Shown here: positions 1-12,945 of the stretch, piece after piece
Layout: the number at the start of each line of letters is the position of its first letter
Position numbering within the stretch: position 1 is the stretch's first letter
Assembly (NCBI RefSeq): GCF_009914755.1
Contig: NC_060946.1
From: the human T2T-CHM13v2.0 reference genome, Homo sapiens
Strand: one strand, 5' to 3'
DNA length: 64,000 nucleotides
The notes under the pieces: generated by a model
The model's database searches: none
What the model was told of the DNA's origin: nothing
What the model saw: the letters and a program-made list of their open reading frames with translations, nothing else
Translations under genes and position numbers: made by a program

Positions 1-735
1 GGTCCCGCCTGCCCTGGGTGGATACTTGAACCCCAGACGCCCCTCTGTGCTGCTGTGTCCGGAGGCGGCCTTCCCATCTGCCTGCCCACCCGGAGCTCTT
101 TCCGCCGGCGCAGGGTCCCAAGCCCACCTCCCGCCCTCAGTCCTGCGGTGTGCGTCTGGGCACGTCCTGCACACACAATGCAAGTCCTGGCCTCCGCGCC
201 CGCCCGCCCACGCGAGCCGTACCCGCCGCCAACTCTGTTATTTATGGTGTGACCCCCTGGAGGTGCCCTCGGCCCACCGGGGCTATTTATTGTTTAATTT
301 ATTTGTTGAGGTTATTTCCTCTGAGCAGTCTGCCTCTCCCAAGCCCCAGGGGACAGTGGGGAGGCAGGGGAGGGGGTGGCTGTGGTCCAGGGACCCCAGG
401 CCCTGATTCCTGTGCCTGGCGTCTGTCCTGGCCCCGCCTGTCAGAAGATGAACATGTATAGTGGCTAACTTAAGGGGAGTGGGTGACCCTGACACTTCCA
501 GGCACTGTGCCCAGGGTTTGGGTTTTAAATTATTGACTTTGTACAGTCTGCTTGTGGGCTCTGAAAGCTGGGGTGGGGCCAGAGCCTGAGCGTTTAATTT
601 ATTCAGTACCTGTGTTTGTGTGAATGCGGTGTGTGCAGGCATCGCAGATGGGGGTTCTTTCAGTTCAAAAGTGAGATGTCTGGAGATCATATTTTTTTAT
701 ACAGGTATTTCAATTAAAATGTTTTTGTACATAGT
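1..735 (+). other. PIM3: 3' UTR / terminal exon end of upstream gene, probably PIM3
   Basis: Clustered ATTTA/TATTTA AU-rich elements (238-305, ~592-603), ATTAAA at 713-718, then GT/T-rich sequence. No coding exon is in the window, so gene identity rests on recalled synteny with IL17REL/TTLL8. Confidence 0.7.
713..718 (+). terminator. Polyadenylation signal ATTAAA
   Basis: Variant PAS at the end of the AU-rich UTR, followed by TGTTTTTGTACATA. Confidence 0.65.
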
Positions 736-3224
736 GGATAATCCTGTATTTATGGGGCTGGGCATCCTGGGGGAAGAGAGGGGCTCTGAGGAAGGGCTTT
801 GGCTGCTGGGTGACCTGACAAGTTTCCCGTGGGGCTGGTAGTTTTGCCCACGGGGGAAACGGGGGAGGCCCAGCTGGGTGCCAGCCTCCCCAGTGCCACA
901 GGCTACTTCATGTGGCTTGTGGCCCACCGCACTACCCCGTGCTGCACCCAGGGAGAAGAGCAGCTGCCTCCTGGGGTGCCTCTGGGAGGTGGAGGCAGGG
1001 AGCCAGGCCCTGAGGATGCAGCAACCCACACTAGTCAGGAGGTCATTCCTCGGTGGTCCCAGGAGGATCTCTGCAGCCCCCACCCAGGGAGGCCTTGCCA
1101 GTGGAAATGGCCATACTTGCATCCTGGCTTGGTGGAAACAGAGACGTGCGGGGGGTGGGGGAGGGAGTCCATGCTGCCTCAGAGGGTGGCTGGGGGTTTT
1201 GAAGGACAAGGAGGAGTTTGCCAGGCACATGGGGTGGGAGTGTGTTCCGGGCAGTGCCAAGGACGTGCAGAGGACATGAGGGTGGGGTTTGGTGGAGGGT
1301 ATCGGGGTGTTCAGTCAGTTATAGTTAGACCCTGGCCTGGCGGGTGTGTGGTGAGAGAGTGGGGTATGAACCAGGTTCGGGTGTGTCAATGGGCCTGGCC
1401 ACAATGTTCCTGGTGGGTAGAGGAGGCCTGGGTGGAGGGTCCCAGTGAGACTGCTCCCCCACCCCCACCCCAGGGGCCTTCTGCTCAACTGCCCACCCTG
1501 TGCTGGGCTGTGGGGTGCCCCATGTTGGCAGTGGACCTGCACCTGGGGCATCACCCAGTCTGCCAAGCGCACCTACTCGGCTCTCTGGCTCCTGGAGCCC
1601 TGTCTGCCCCCTGCCTCCCATCTGCCCCTCCGAATAAGAGTCCCTGATAAACAGCCCGGGGCAGGCAGCACCATACTGGACAGAAGACTGTCCCAGGCCC
1701 GAGGCCAGAGGCTGTGGCAGAGGCGGGAAGTTTGGGAAAGAGAAACAGGAGGAGACGAAAGTCACCCTTCCCCTGGAGAGCAGGCAGAGAGGGCTCGGGT
1801 GGGGGGCTCCCGCCTCAGGTTGTGACTGTTCAGGACATCAGTGGGTGTTTGTGGCCTCTGCTGTGGAGATCCAGGAGCACCTGGAGGGCAGCTGCTCAGT
1901 TAGGCAGGTCTCTCGGGGCCCTCATCTCACCCTACAGCCTCAGGCCAGCAGGGGAGATGAGGAGGTGCCGGGAAGGACAAGCCACCGGTTCCCATAGACC
2001 TGGCCCAACCAGCGTGCCCTGAGTCCAGTCTGGTCCAGTGAGGCTTTTCCCATTACCCCACCCCCCACTGCCAAAATGGGACCCTCGGGCAGCAGCCATT
2101 GCGGCCCACCTGCTCCTGGGCCAACTGCCATGGGCATTCCCCAGCCCCCAGCCATGGGCATCCCCAGCCCCGGCTTCATCCAGGCAAAGGCCCTCCACGC
2201 AGATTGCTTTTGGGAAACTGAAGGCCAGAGAGGCAGGAACCTTGGGCAGATGTCAGAATAGGACTCTGGTCCTTCCCACTGCTGTGCCCCACACACTGCT
2301 GCTGAGGGCTGGCTGGGGACCCCTCTAAGGTGGCCTACAGGGTGGGGACATCTGCCAGGGCCCTGGGAATGGGTGCAGGGCGCTGGGCTGAGGCTCCCAG
2401 CGAGATAGCTCTGGCCTTCTAGCACAGGGGATGGCGCGCTTGGGGGCGCCTCTGGACATAGCCCTCCACCCCCTGACTCAGGAGGAGACAGGGCCCAGCC
2501 AGCCTCGGGTCCTTCCTCAGGCTCTCGGCCACAGGTCATCTGCCTGACTGAGCACCACGGCCCAGGGGCGGCAGGAGCTGGTGGAGGATTCCTGTGGGCC
2601 TTTTCTGGCTCCTGGGGCGGCCCATAGTGAGCTTTCAGAGACATCTCTGAGGGCACCATCCTGGTCCAGAGACAAGCAGAGCTCCAGAGCCCAAGCGCCA
2701 GGAATCTGCTCCCCTGCCGGCCCCACCCCACCTCTGCTGCTTTGGCTCTGCTGGGCCACTTGACTTTGGGTGCTGGACGAAGGGGAAGGATTCAGGGCCT
2801 CCCCAACCCTTCCCTGGCCCCCTCCAGCCCCCCAGCTGTCTGGGCTCCTGCACACCCTTCCCCTAGACACTCCCTGGGGCTCTGGCAGGATCCAAGTGAC
2901 CGTAGGCCTGGTTTCTCCCCGCCAGTCCCCACCCTAGACCTGCGGTCTGGCCTCTCCCTGGGGGTCGAAGCCCAGCAGAATCCACTGTGTTCCTGCAGGG
3001 CCTCTGTGGGCTCCTAGGTGGGTCCTTCCCTATGGACTGGGCCCCTCCCACCCTGCCTAGGAGCCTCCAGGGCTGCAGTACCCCTTGGCCACTCGGGTTG
3101 AGGGATGATGTGTATCCCCAGCCATGCTCACCCCTGCAGGGTGTACACCAGGTGACTGGTCTGGACCTGCTGCCTGCAGGATCTGGGGCCAGAGTCCAGG
3201 TCAGAACCAGCCCACCGCCCTGAG

Positions 3225-3515
3225 CCTCTCTCAGGGGAAGATGGGGTACCCAAGCACATCCACCCCAGGGCACCCTCCTCCTAGCTTGCAGACCTGGGCC
3301 TGCTTGGCCGCTTATGACTTCGGGTGGGCGCCTGGCCTCTGAGGCTGTTTCCCCCACCTGGGTCATTCAGAGCTGGGTCCAGGTGACCCATCCCCAAGGG
3401 AGGCCCCTTGCTTGTTCATGGGGGAGCAAACCCTCACCCCACCCATCCTGGTCGACATCTGGGGCACGGCACCCAGGGAGAGGCTTTCCTGCAGGGCCCT
3501 GGCCAGGAGGAGGGC
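3225..3515 (+). repeat. Arm 1 of a diverged inverted duplication
   Basis: Reverse complement matches 5358-5648; both arms give near-identical spurious ORFs (MLVHGGANPHPTHPGRHLGHGT vs MLVHGGANTHSTHAGWHLGHGT). Confidence 0.85.
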
Positions 3516-5357
3516 AGTGGCCAGGCTGGAGGGGCAGGCCCTGCCCCCACCCTGCCCTGTCAGGCCTTACTGCCGGGAACCCGGGGGCCAGAGGCTGTTC
3601 AGTTGTGAAACGAAAGCTCAGGGTTTCGCCAGGGCTGCCCGGGAAGCGGTGGGCCTGGAAGCCATGTGCCAGAGGATCTAGCACCGCCATGAGAGGCCTC
3701 TGTCTGCAGAAAGGGGAAGGACTCATTGAGAAATTCCGGGCTGGGAATCTAGCTTGGGCCCTGTACTCTCTCAGCCCCGGCAGGGGTCAGGGGCAGGGGT
3801 CAGGGATGGACAGAGACCCAGCAAGCTCTTATCTCCCCTGTGCTCTGTGGGCAGACTGGCTGACACCCTTCCCTAACGCCTGCCTGGGGCCCTAGGCCCA
3901 GCCGCACCTGGACGCTGCCCACGCAGATCCCCCAGCGGCCCCCGTCCAGCCTTGGTGTCCTGACTGCTTCCTTTGGAGGAGCCTGGGTGCCTCAGACCCG
4001 GTGTGGGCTTAGCTCCCCCTTCTGTCTCCCTTGCTCTCCCCGACTCCCCGGGGCCCGGTGTGATGCTGGTGTCACATCACACCGCGAGCTCAGCCTGAGG
4101 GTCCAATGGGTGTGTGGGTGTGTGGTCAGCCCTCAGCCGCTGCCTGTCCAGGCTGCCACCGCCCATCCAGGGAGCTGCTCGGCCTCTGCCCACAGAACAG
4201 CCCCGCAGCTGCACAGGTGGCTTCCTACAGTTTCCTTTCGTGCTGTTTCCGCGACAGCTCAGGGGCTCCCGGGCCAGTTGGGTGCCCGGCACGGGGTGGT
4301 GTTCGCAGGGGCTGCCAGGGATCACTTCCCTTTGCCGCGCAGCTTTGGCACCACAGCCATGCTAAGGTTTCGTTTCTGGAGCTGCTTTGGAAGAAAGAAA
4401 CTGAACAGGGCCCTGATGGCTACAGAAGGTCTGTGTCCCAGTCTCTCCTTCTGGGAAGCTGGGCTGGCCTTGGGCCCAGAGGGTGAGGAGGCCAGGAGAG
4501 GCGGTCAAGCAGCCTGGCAAGAAGAACGGACCTCGGAGCGGAACCTTGCCCCCTGTGTGGGTGCCGGGCAGGCTGTGGGGCACGACCAGCCTTGGCCCCT
4601 CCCCCGACCTGTTTACTGACCAGGCCACCCTCAGGGGCATAGCTGTGGACAAACCAATCAGTTCCAAGGCTGCCGAGTGAGCCAGGACGGCATCTGTGTG
4701 GCCCAGCCTGCACTGACAGCTGGAACGACGCACTCACCACAGTACGCAGCGGTCACATGACACTGAGGACCACAGCCTGTTCAGGACTCCCCCTGGGGTG
4801 GACGCTGTCCAGAACTTGGCAGAATGTTTCTAAAGGACACCTTTAGATAGCAAATCAGCAAAGGACCACCCGTGCAGAGAATAATTGGACCAGGTGTGGG
4901 AAGAGAGGTCAGCGTGTGGACGTGGGCGGGGTGGGGGGTACGGAGCCTGGGCACAGTCTTCTGGAAGTTGGGGGCAAGGAGCAGAGGGTGGAGGACGAGA
5001 CCCAGGAAGCTTCCGGCCTGGAGGAAGGCAGGTTGGAGTTTCAAGGGTCTGGTCTCCCAGACAGTCCTTCCTAAGGCAGCCTGTCTCCCTCTCCTCCAGC
5101 CCCATCCTGGACCTGAGACAACCTGGGTCTGAGGGAGCCCCTCCCAGACCCGAGACTCCGCACACAGGGCTGGTTCTGATGAGCAGATAGATCCTGCTCC
5201 TGCAGAGCGGGGTGTCCTGCAGATGCCAGGGACCTGCAAAGCCTGGCACAGGGCAGCACAGACCTCCCCGCCTCGCCCGCCCTCCACAGAGCCTCCAGGC
5301 CCTGAGCAGTGGGACAGCCGGGGGCAGCTGGAGGCACCTGCAGGCACCAGGTCCAGA

Positions 5358-5648
5358 CCCATCCTCCTGGCCAGGTCCCTGCAGAATCTCCCAGGGGTGC
5401 CGTGCCCCAGATGCCAGCCAGCATGGGTGGAGTGGGTGTTCGCTCCCCCATGAACAAGCAAGGGGTCTCTCTTGGGGATGGGTCACCTGGACCCAGCTCT
5501 GAATGATCCAGGTGGGGGAAAATGAAGCCCAGAGGCCAGGCGCCCACCCAAAGTCATAAGGGGCCAAGCAGGCTCAGGTCTGTAAGCCAAGAGGAGGCTA
5601 GCCTGGGGTGGGTGTGCTTCTGGGAGCCCCATCTTCCCCTGGAAGGCC
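5358..5648 (-). repeat. Arm 2 of the diverged inverted duplication
   Basis: e.g. gggtcacctggacccagctctgaatga is the reverse complement of tcattcagagctgggtccaggtgaccc at ~3363-3389. Confidence 0.85.
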
Positions 5649-5982
5649 AGGGCGTGGCTGGCTGTGAGCTCTCCCCTAATCCTGCCACCTGCCCTCCTGC
5701 AGGGCCCTGGGCTGCACTCTGCTGCTCCACTGACACAGGTGGGGGCCAGCTGAGGAGCCGATGGCCCTCCAGGCCCAGCACATGATGCAGCCCCATGCCA
5801 CTCTCCTGGCCTGAAGCCCTGTGGCCACTGTGCTGAGGCTGGCTCTGTGGGCTTCCTCCGGACTCTGGGGCTTGGCCTGTGCAGGGCAGGTGCTCGGATG
5901 TCCCGGAGGAGCTCCTGGGCAGCGTCCGTTGGGCCCCTCACCAGAACTGCTGTGATCAGTGACCCCCACCCCACTGGCCACT

Positions 5983-5996
5983 CCAGCAGGTGGCGG
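5983..5996 (+). promoter_or_regulatory. Candidate CTCF site
   Basis: CCAGCAGGTGGCGG fits core consensus CCASYAGRKGGCRS; motif match only. Confidence 0.35.
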
Positions 5997-7234
5997 GGGG
6001 CATGGAGAAGGGAAGCACTGGTGCCCCAGTCCTCAGGCCAGACCCAGCCCAAAGGTGGTCTGAGCATTCCCTGAGGCCGCTGAGTGTCCTGCCAGGGTCC
6101 GGGCTGTGCGACCGCCCTGGACTGCACCTGGGAAGACGTTCCCATCAGGCGGCTGGGCCTGCTCTGGTTTGCAGGTGCCCTGGGTCCTGGGGCCCAGTGA
6201 CTGGCTCCACCCCTTGGGCCAGGCCAGGCAGAGCTGTTTGCCTGCAACCAGGGACCAGGGGTCCTGGGCCACTGGACGCTGCCAAGGCTACAGTGTGCCA
6301 GGAAAGCATGAGGACCTTTTCTGGGCCTCTATGTCTAGAAAGGACATGAGATATGGGCCCTCATATCCCATGGGGGAGCGGGTCAGTGTAGAGAGGACCA
6401 GGGACCTGGAAATGCCAGGATTGAGTCTCAGGCCACATGTACAACCTGCTGGCCAGGTCCCCACAGAGGCAGCCCTATCCCACGGAGCATCCCAGAGGGG
6501 CCACCCCAAGACTCCCAACCCTCCACTTGCCCCTGTCTGGTTTTCTGCTTACCAAATCCTCCCACTTTTCACTCAGGAGGGAACCAGACGTTCCTGAGCC
6601 TGGGGGCTCACCCCTGCCTGAGAGGCATGACCAAGACCTATGTGGGCGGGATCATTCCAGATGTAGCAGAAACATGGTGAGGGCTCTTTGGGGCCACTAT
6701 CACCATCAGCCTTTGCACAGGTGGGCTCCCCAGTGGGGCCTGGGAGACAGCACAGGCAGCTCTGCAGAGATCTGGGGAGAGGGGCTTGGCAGTGGGGCAG
6801 CAGGTGCAAAGGCCCTGAGGCAGGCGGAGGGGCCAGGACCACAGTCCCATCCAGCACTCGCCCTGGGCCCTGCCTCCTGGTCTACTCCATGCCCAGGGTC
6901 CCCCTCAACAGTCTGTTCCGTGTGGGATGAGCTGAGGGGAGGAAGCAGGGGTCTCAGAAGCACAAGGGCCCTGAGCAGAGCCCTGGGGACTGTCTCCTGC
7001 TGTGAGACAGGACTGGGCAGGGGCTGGCAGGCATGTGTCTGGGTGGCCCATGCCAGCCGTGGAGCAGGCCAGGGGCTGCTCTGATGCCCACAGGACTGCC
7101 CATTTGCCAGCACAGGACCTGGCCCTGGCGGGTCCTGGAGTCCCAGCTCTACCCTGAAGCAGCCACCTCAGTCCTCCCTCTAGAAAGGACCAGCAGGGTC
7201 TACCGGGCCACCCAGGAATGCAGGCAACTCTTAT

Positions 7235-7500
7235 GATGTGTAGGCACCTGTGTGTCCACATCTGTACACGTAGAAAAGTGTCGGTGGGTGTGTAAATCTA
7301 TACATGTTCCAAGTGTGTGTGTCTGGGTTTTTGTGCATGTGCATGTGTGTGTGTGCATGTGAATCTCTGTGTGTGCAGGTGTGATTTCCTGTGTGCACGT
7401 CTATGTGTATATGCATGTGGGCACGTGTCTGCCATGTATGTGTGTGCTCCAATGTGTGTGATCCTGTGTGTGCACACGTGTGTGTGCATGCACGCGTCTG
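7235..7500. repeat. Degenerate (TG)n low-complexity repeat
   Basis: tgtg/catgtg iterations. Confidence 0.85.
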
Positions 7501-7779
7501 CACCTGGGCAGGACCTGGCCTAGGAAGAGCCTGGAGCCAAGACTAGCAGTTCTCCCCTCCCCCGCCCCCAAATGACGTGGCCGCTGCCACCGCGTGACTC
7601 ACCCTCCCTTCACTCAAAGGGCACAGCAGCACGTGGGGGCGCCTCCTGTGACTCAGCACCTCCCGGAGGCGGTGAAGGGGGACGCTGGTGACAGGGGAGG
7701 AGTCTGGAGCTGAGAGGCGAACGGAGAGCACAGTGGAGCACACGGGCCCTGCCCACCCGCCTGTCCTGTCCAAGGATGC

Positions 7780-9430
7780 TGGGGCCCCGACCAGCCGGTC
7801 ACAGGCGCGTCCTAGCTTTGGGGGCACACACGTGTTCCCGTGTGCGATGCGGGCTGGACCGTCTGGGGCCCCGGATGGGGTTTAAGAACATTTCCGGGCC
7901 CTGTGTCCCCCATAGTTGGGGGAGCCGCTGCGAGCGAGCACAGGGGAACGCGAGGCCGGGGTGGGTTCCTGGGCGCCGACGACGCAGGAGGAGGCGGATC
8001 TGGGGGCCGGGGGGCGGCGCAGAGAGCAGGGCGCGTGGGGAGCGGGAATGCGCTTTGGGGAGCGGCGCAGGCGGAGCCGGCCAGATCTTTAAGGCGGGGG
8101 AGGATGGTGCGGATCGGGAGGTAAAAGGTCGGCCTGACCCGGGAGCCGAGGAGGCCGGGCTGGCCAAAAGGACCCCGCCCACGGACGCGGCCCACGCGAG
8201 GCCCCTCCCTCCCCAGCGCCGAGGACGCGCTTGTCCGAAGCGGGCGTGGCGCGGAGTCCGGGGAGAGACCGAGGACTGTGGCCCGCGGACCTCCCCGCCC
8301 CCACACCCTGGCCCAGCCTCGGTACGTTCTGTCCCCGTCCCCACCACACGCGGTCTCCAGGGCCCGGCACCTGACACCAGGCCCTGCTGCGGCCGCTGCG
8401 CCCCGACAGCCAGATGAGCTGTGGGCTGCCTGGGCCGGCAGGGTCCCTGGGGCAGGAGGAGGGAGGGGAGAGGGGCCAAGATTCCACCCACCAGGGCACC
8501 TGCGGGCGCACTGTCTCCAGGACCACAGGTGCAAGCACTGGCGGGGCCCCAGGCCAGCCCTCCACGGAGAGCCCGGTCCCAGGCGGGCTGCGGGGGCAGG
8601 TGCGGGGCCGTCCAGCGTCTGGCTGTGGGGCGCCCAGTGGGGTTCTGCCCCCCGGGTCTCCTCCCTCCTGGGGAAAAGGAGCTGGAGACCGCCTGCCCTG
8701 AGGTCAGTCAGTAGGGTCGGCGCAGGTAGCAGAAGGCGAGCAGGTTGCTCTCTGGCGGGTGGGTGGGGAGTGGGTACCCCCTTCATCCCATCCACAGCTC
8801 AGGCCCCCGTCTCTGGGGACCTCGGGGCACCGCGTGGAGGAGCCCTGGCCTGCGGGGAGGGGTCTGCGGCGGGAATGGTTAGCCAGGCTGGGGGCACCGT
8901 CGGGGCGTCCCCACCACCTCGGCGCCCACGTCGGGTTTTGCGGGGGCTTCCCACGTGGGCCCCTGGGTGGGCGCCCACGCCCCATGCGCCTCCCCTGCGC
9001 CCCAGCCTGGCGGAGTCCTCCAGGTTCCTGCCCCTCAGGCAGCCGCACCCTGCCTGGTCCGCGGGACCCCCTACAAAGCCCTGACCTCCTCTCCTGGACC
9101 CTCCCACCTGGGCCCGCCGCCCCTACCTCGGGCTGCGCGACCACCCGCGGGCACCCTCGTCTCGCAGCCCCGCCTGGACCTCTTCCTAGCTTTGCACTTC
9201 CCCAGACCCCGGCCCCACCGCCCCCAGCCTCCTGTGTCCCGTAGGTCCCTCTGGCGCTGCGCCCCCACCTCCTCCAGTCTGGCTCTGTGTCCCCGCGAGG
9301 TGCTGGGTCCCTTCCCACCCCCGCCTCCTCCTCCCTGGTCCCACTGGAGGGGCAGGCAGGACCGGGGCCGAGTCTCCACACCTGAGGAAATCCCTTCCTG
9401 GCCCGGTCCCACCCACGGCCCCCTGGCAAC
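7780..9430. promoter_or_regulatory. Intergenic CpG island
   Basis: Very high GC and dense CpG, GC boxes; no credible CDS. Confidence 0.7.
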
Positions 9431-9471
9431 CCCACAGGCCACTGGCCACCCTCCAGGAGGTTCCAGCAGAT

Positions 9472-12400
9472 GGGGTGTGTGTGTGTGTGTGTGTGTGTGT
9501 GGTGTGATGTGTGTGTGATGTGTATAGTGTGTGTGTGTGCGTGCTATGTGTATTGTGTGGTGTGTAGTGTTTGTGTAAGATGTGTGGTTGTGTGTGGTGT
9601 TTATGTATGGTGTTTGTGTATGGTGTGTAGTGTGTGTGTATCGTGTGTATTGTGTATGGTGTGTGTGTTGTGTATGTATCGTGTGGTGTTATGTATAGAG
9701 TATGTCATTGGTGTGTGGTGTGTGTATCGTGTTATGTGTGTCGTGTTTTGTGTGTGGTGTTTTCTGGTGTCTGGTGTTTGTGGGTGGTGTGTATATATCA
9801 TGTGTGGTGTGTGGTGTGTGTGTCATGTGTTTTGTGGTGTGTGCTGTGTGTGTATGGTGTGTGTTGTGTGGTGTTTTGTGGAGTGTGGTGTTTGTGTGTG
9901 GTGTGTATGTATCATGTGGTGGTGTGTATGGTGTGTCATGTGTTTTGCATTGTGTGGTGTGTATAGTGTGTGTATGTGGTATGGTGGGTATGATGTGTTT
10001 GTGGTATGTGGTATTTGTGTCGTGTGTTGTGTCTGTGTTGTGTGTGGTGTTTGTGTGTGGTGTGTATGTATCGTGTGTGGTGTTGTGTATAGTGTATGTG
10101 GTATAGTGAGTATGGTGTGTTTGTGGCATGTGGTGTTTGTATGGTGTGTGTTGTGTGTGGTGTTTTGTGGTGTGTGGTGTGTGTGTGGTGTGAATATATC
10201 ATGTGTGGTGTGTGTGGTGTGTGTGTCAAGCATTTACTGGTGTGTGTGTGCTGTGTGTGTATGGGGAGTGTGTGGTGTTTTGTGTGGTGTGTGTGTCAAG
10301 CATTTACTGGTGTGTGTGTGCTGTGTGTGTATGGGGTGTGTATGGTGTTTTGTGGTGTATGCTGTGTGTGTATGGTGTGTGTTGTGTGTGTGTGGTGTTT
10401 TGTGTTTGTGTGTGGTATGTATATATCATGTGTGTTGTGTGTGATGTGTGTGTCATGCATTTACTGGTGTGTGCTGTGTGTGTATGGTGTGTGTTGTGCG
10501 TGTGTGGTGTTTCGTGGTGTGTGGTGTTTGTGTGTGGTGTGTATATATCATGTGTGGTGTTGTGTGTTGTGTTTGTGTGGTGTGTGCTGTGTGTGTGTGG
10601 TGTTTTGTGGTGTGTGGTGTTTGTGTGTGGCGTGTATATATCATGTGTGGTATTTGTGTGTGTGTGGTGTGTGTGGTGTTTTGTGGTGTGTGGTATGTAT
10701 ATATCATGTGTGTTGTGTGTTGTGTGTGTGCTGTGTGCTGTTTGTATGGTGTACGTTGTGTGTGTGTGGTGTTTTGTGTGTGGTGTTTGTGGTACGTATA
10801 TATCATGTATGGTATTGTTCGTGGTGTGTGTGTGCGTGGTGTGTGTGGCGTTTTGTGGTGTGTGGTGTTTGTGTGTGGTGTGTATATATCATGTATGGTG
10901 TGTGTTGTGCATGTGTGGTGTTTTGTGGTGTGTGCTGTGTGTGTATGGTGTGTGTTGTGTGTGTGGTGTTTTGTGGTGTGTGGTGTTTGTGTGTGGTGTG
11001 TATATATGATGTGTGTTGTGTATGTATGGGGTGTGTGGTGTTTTGTGGTGTGTGCTGTGTGTGTATGGTGTGTGTAGTGCGTGTGTGGTGTTTTGTGGTG
11101 TATGGTGTTTGTGTGTGGTGTGTATATATCATGTGTGGTGTGTGTATGGTGTGTGTTGTGCGTGTGTGTTTTGTGGTGTGTGGTGTTTGTGTGTGGTGTG
11201 TATATATCGTGTGGTGTTGTGTGTTGTGTTTGTATGGTGTGTGTTGTGTGTGTGGTGTTTTGTGGTGTGTGGTGTTTGTGTGTGGTGTGTATATATCCTG
11301 TGTGGTGTTGTGTGTTGTGTTTGGTGTGTGTTGCGCGTGTGTGGTGTTTTGTGGTGTGTGGTGTTTGTGTGTGGTGTGTATATATCATGTGTGTTGTGTG
11401 TTGTGTTTGTATGGTGTGTGTTTGTGTGTGGTGTTTTGTGGTGTGTGGTGTTTGTGTGTGGTGTGTATATATCATGTGTGGTATTGTGTGTGGTGCGTGT
11501 GTGTGGTGTGTTTTGTGGTGTTTGTGTGTGGTGTGTATATATCATGTGTGGTGTGTGTGGTGTGTGTGTCATGTGTTTTGTGGTGTGCTGTGTATGGTGT
11601 GTTAGTTCGTGTGTGGTGTTTTGTGGTGTGTGGTGTTTGTGTGTGGCGTGTCTATATCATGTGTGGTATTTGTGGTGTGTGTGTGGTGTTTTGTGGTGTG
11701 TGGTATGTATATATCATGTATGGTGTTGTGTGTTGTGTGTGTGGTGTGTGCTGTGTTTGTATGGTGTGTGTTGTGTGTGTGGTATGTATATATCGTGTGG
11801 TATTGTGTGTGGTGTGTGTGATGTTTTGAGGTGTGTGGTGTTTTGTGGTGTGTGGTGTTTGTGTGTGGTGTGTATATATCGTGTGGTGTGTGTGGTGTGT
11901 GTCATGTGTTTTGTGGTGTGTGCTGTGTGTGTGGTGTTTTGTGTAGTATGTTGTGCGTGGTGTGTGGTGTTTTGTGTGGTGTGTTGTGTGTGGTGTGTGC
12001 TGTATGTGTGTGGTGTGTGTTATGTGTGTGTGGTGTTGTGTGGTGTTTGTGTGTGGTATGTATGTATCATGTGTGTTATTATGTGTGCTGTGTGTGTGCT
12101 GTGTGTGGTGTTTAGTGGTGTGTGGTGTGTGTGGTGTGTATATATCATGTGTGGTGTGTGTGGTGTGTGTCATGTGTTTTGTGGTGTGTGCTGTGTGTGG
12201 TTTTGTGTGGTGTGTTGTGTGTGGTGTGTGTGTCATGTGTTTTGTGGTGTGTGCTGTGTGTGGCGTGTGCTGTGTGTGTGGTGTGTGTGGTGTTTAGTGT
12301 TGTGTGTGGTGTGTGTGTCATGTGTTTAGTGGTGTGTGTGGTGTGTATATATCATGTGTGGTGTGTGTGTGGTGTGTGTGTCATGTGTTGTGTGGTGTGT

Positions 12401-12572
12401 GCTGTGTGTGGTGTTGTGTGTGGTGTGTGTGTTATGTGTTTTGTGGTGTGTGCTGTGTGTGTGGTGTGTGTGGTGTGTATATATCGTGTGTTGTGTGTGG
12501 TGTGTGCTGTGTGTGGTGTGTGTGTGGTGTGTGCTGTGTGTGTGTGGTGTTGTGTGTGTGGTGTGTGTGGTG
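9472..12572. repeat. ~3.1-kb TG/TGTGG-rich satellite-like tandem array
   Basis: Recurrent higher-order unit gtgtggtgttttgtggtgtgtggtgtttgtgtgtggtgtgtatatatcatgt. Confidence 0.95.
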
Positions 12573-12704
12573 GCAGAACCCAGCAGGGAGATAGGGAGGG
12601 AGGTGGAAGTTCCTTTGGGGAAAGACTTCCTTCCCTAAGGAGGCCGGAGGGATCGGGGAGCCGGGCAGGCGCAGGCGGGGCTCCGGAGTGGTCGTCGAGG
12701 GAGG

Positions 12705-12945
12705 CCGTGGGGCCACGACCTGCTGCCAGGGCGGGGACAGGCCTTGGGGCCAGGACCTGCTGCCGGGGTGGGGACAGGCCTTGGGGCCATGGGGCTGCCA
12801 GGGTGGGGACAGGCTGTGGGGGAGGCTGTGGGGTAGGACCTGCTGCCGGGGTGGGGACAGGCTGTGGGGCCATGAGGCTGCTGGGGTGGGGACAGGCCAT
12901 GGTGGGAGGCCGTGGGGCCAGGACTTACTGCTGGGGTGGGGACAG
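12705..12945. repeat. G-rich minisatellite (~33-35 bp unit, ~7 copies)
   Basis: Repeated ggggccaggacctgctgccggggtggggacaggc. Confidence 0.85.

Noticed and set aside
800-9430. Numerous overlapping 100-330-aa ORFs
   Set aside because: Expected in GC-rich DNA; Pro/Gly/Arg-rich, no recognisable domains or coherent exon chain
9470-12638. Long Cys/Val- and His/Thr-rich ORFs (up to 577 aa)
   Set aside because: Translations of the TG repeat; open in many frames on both strands
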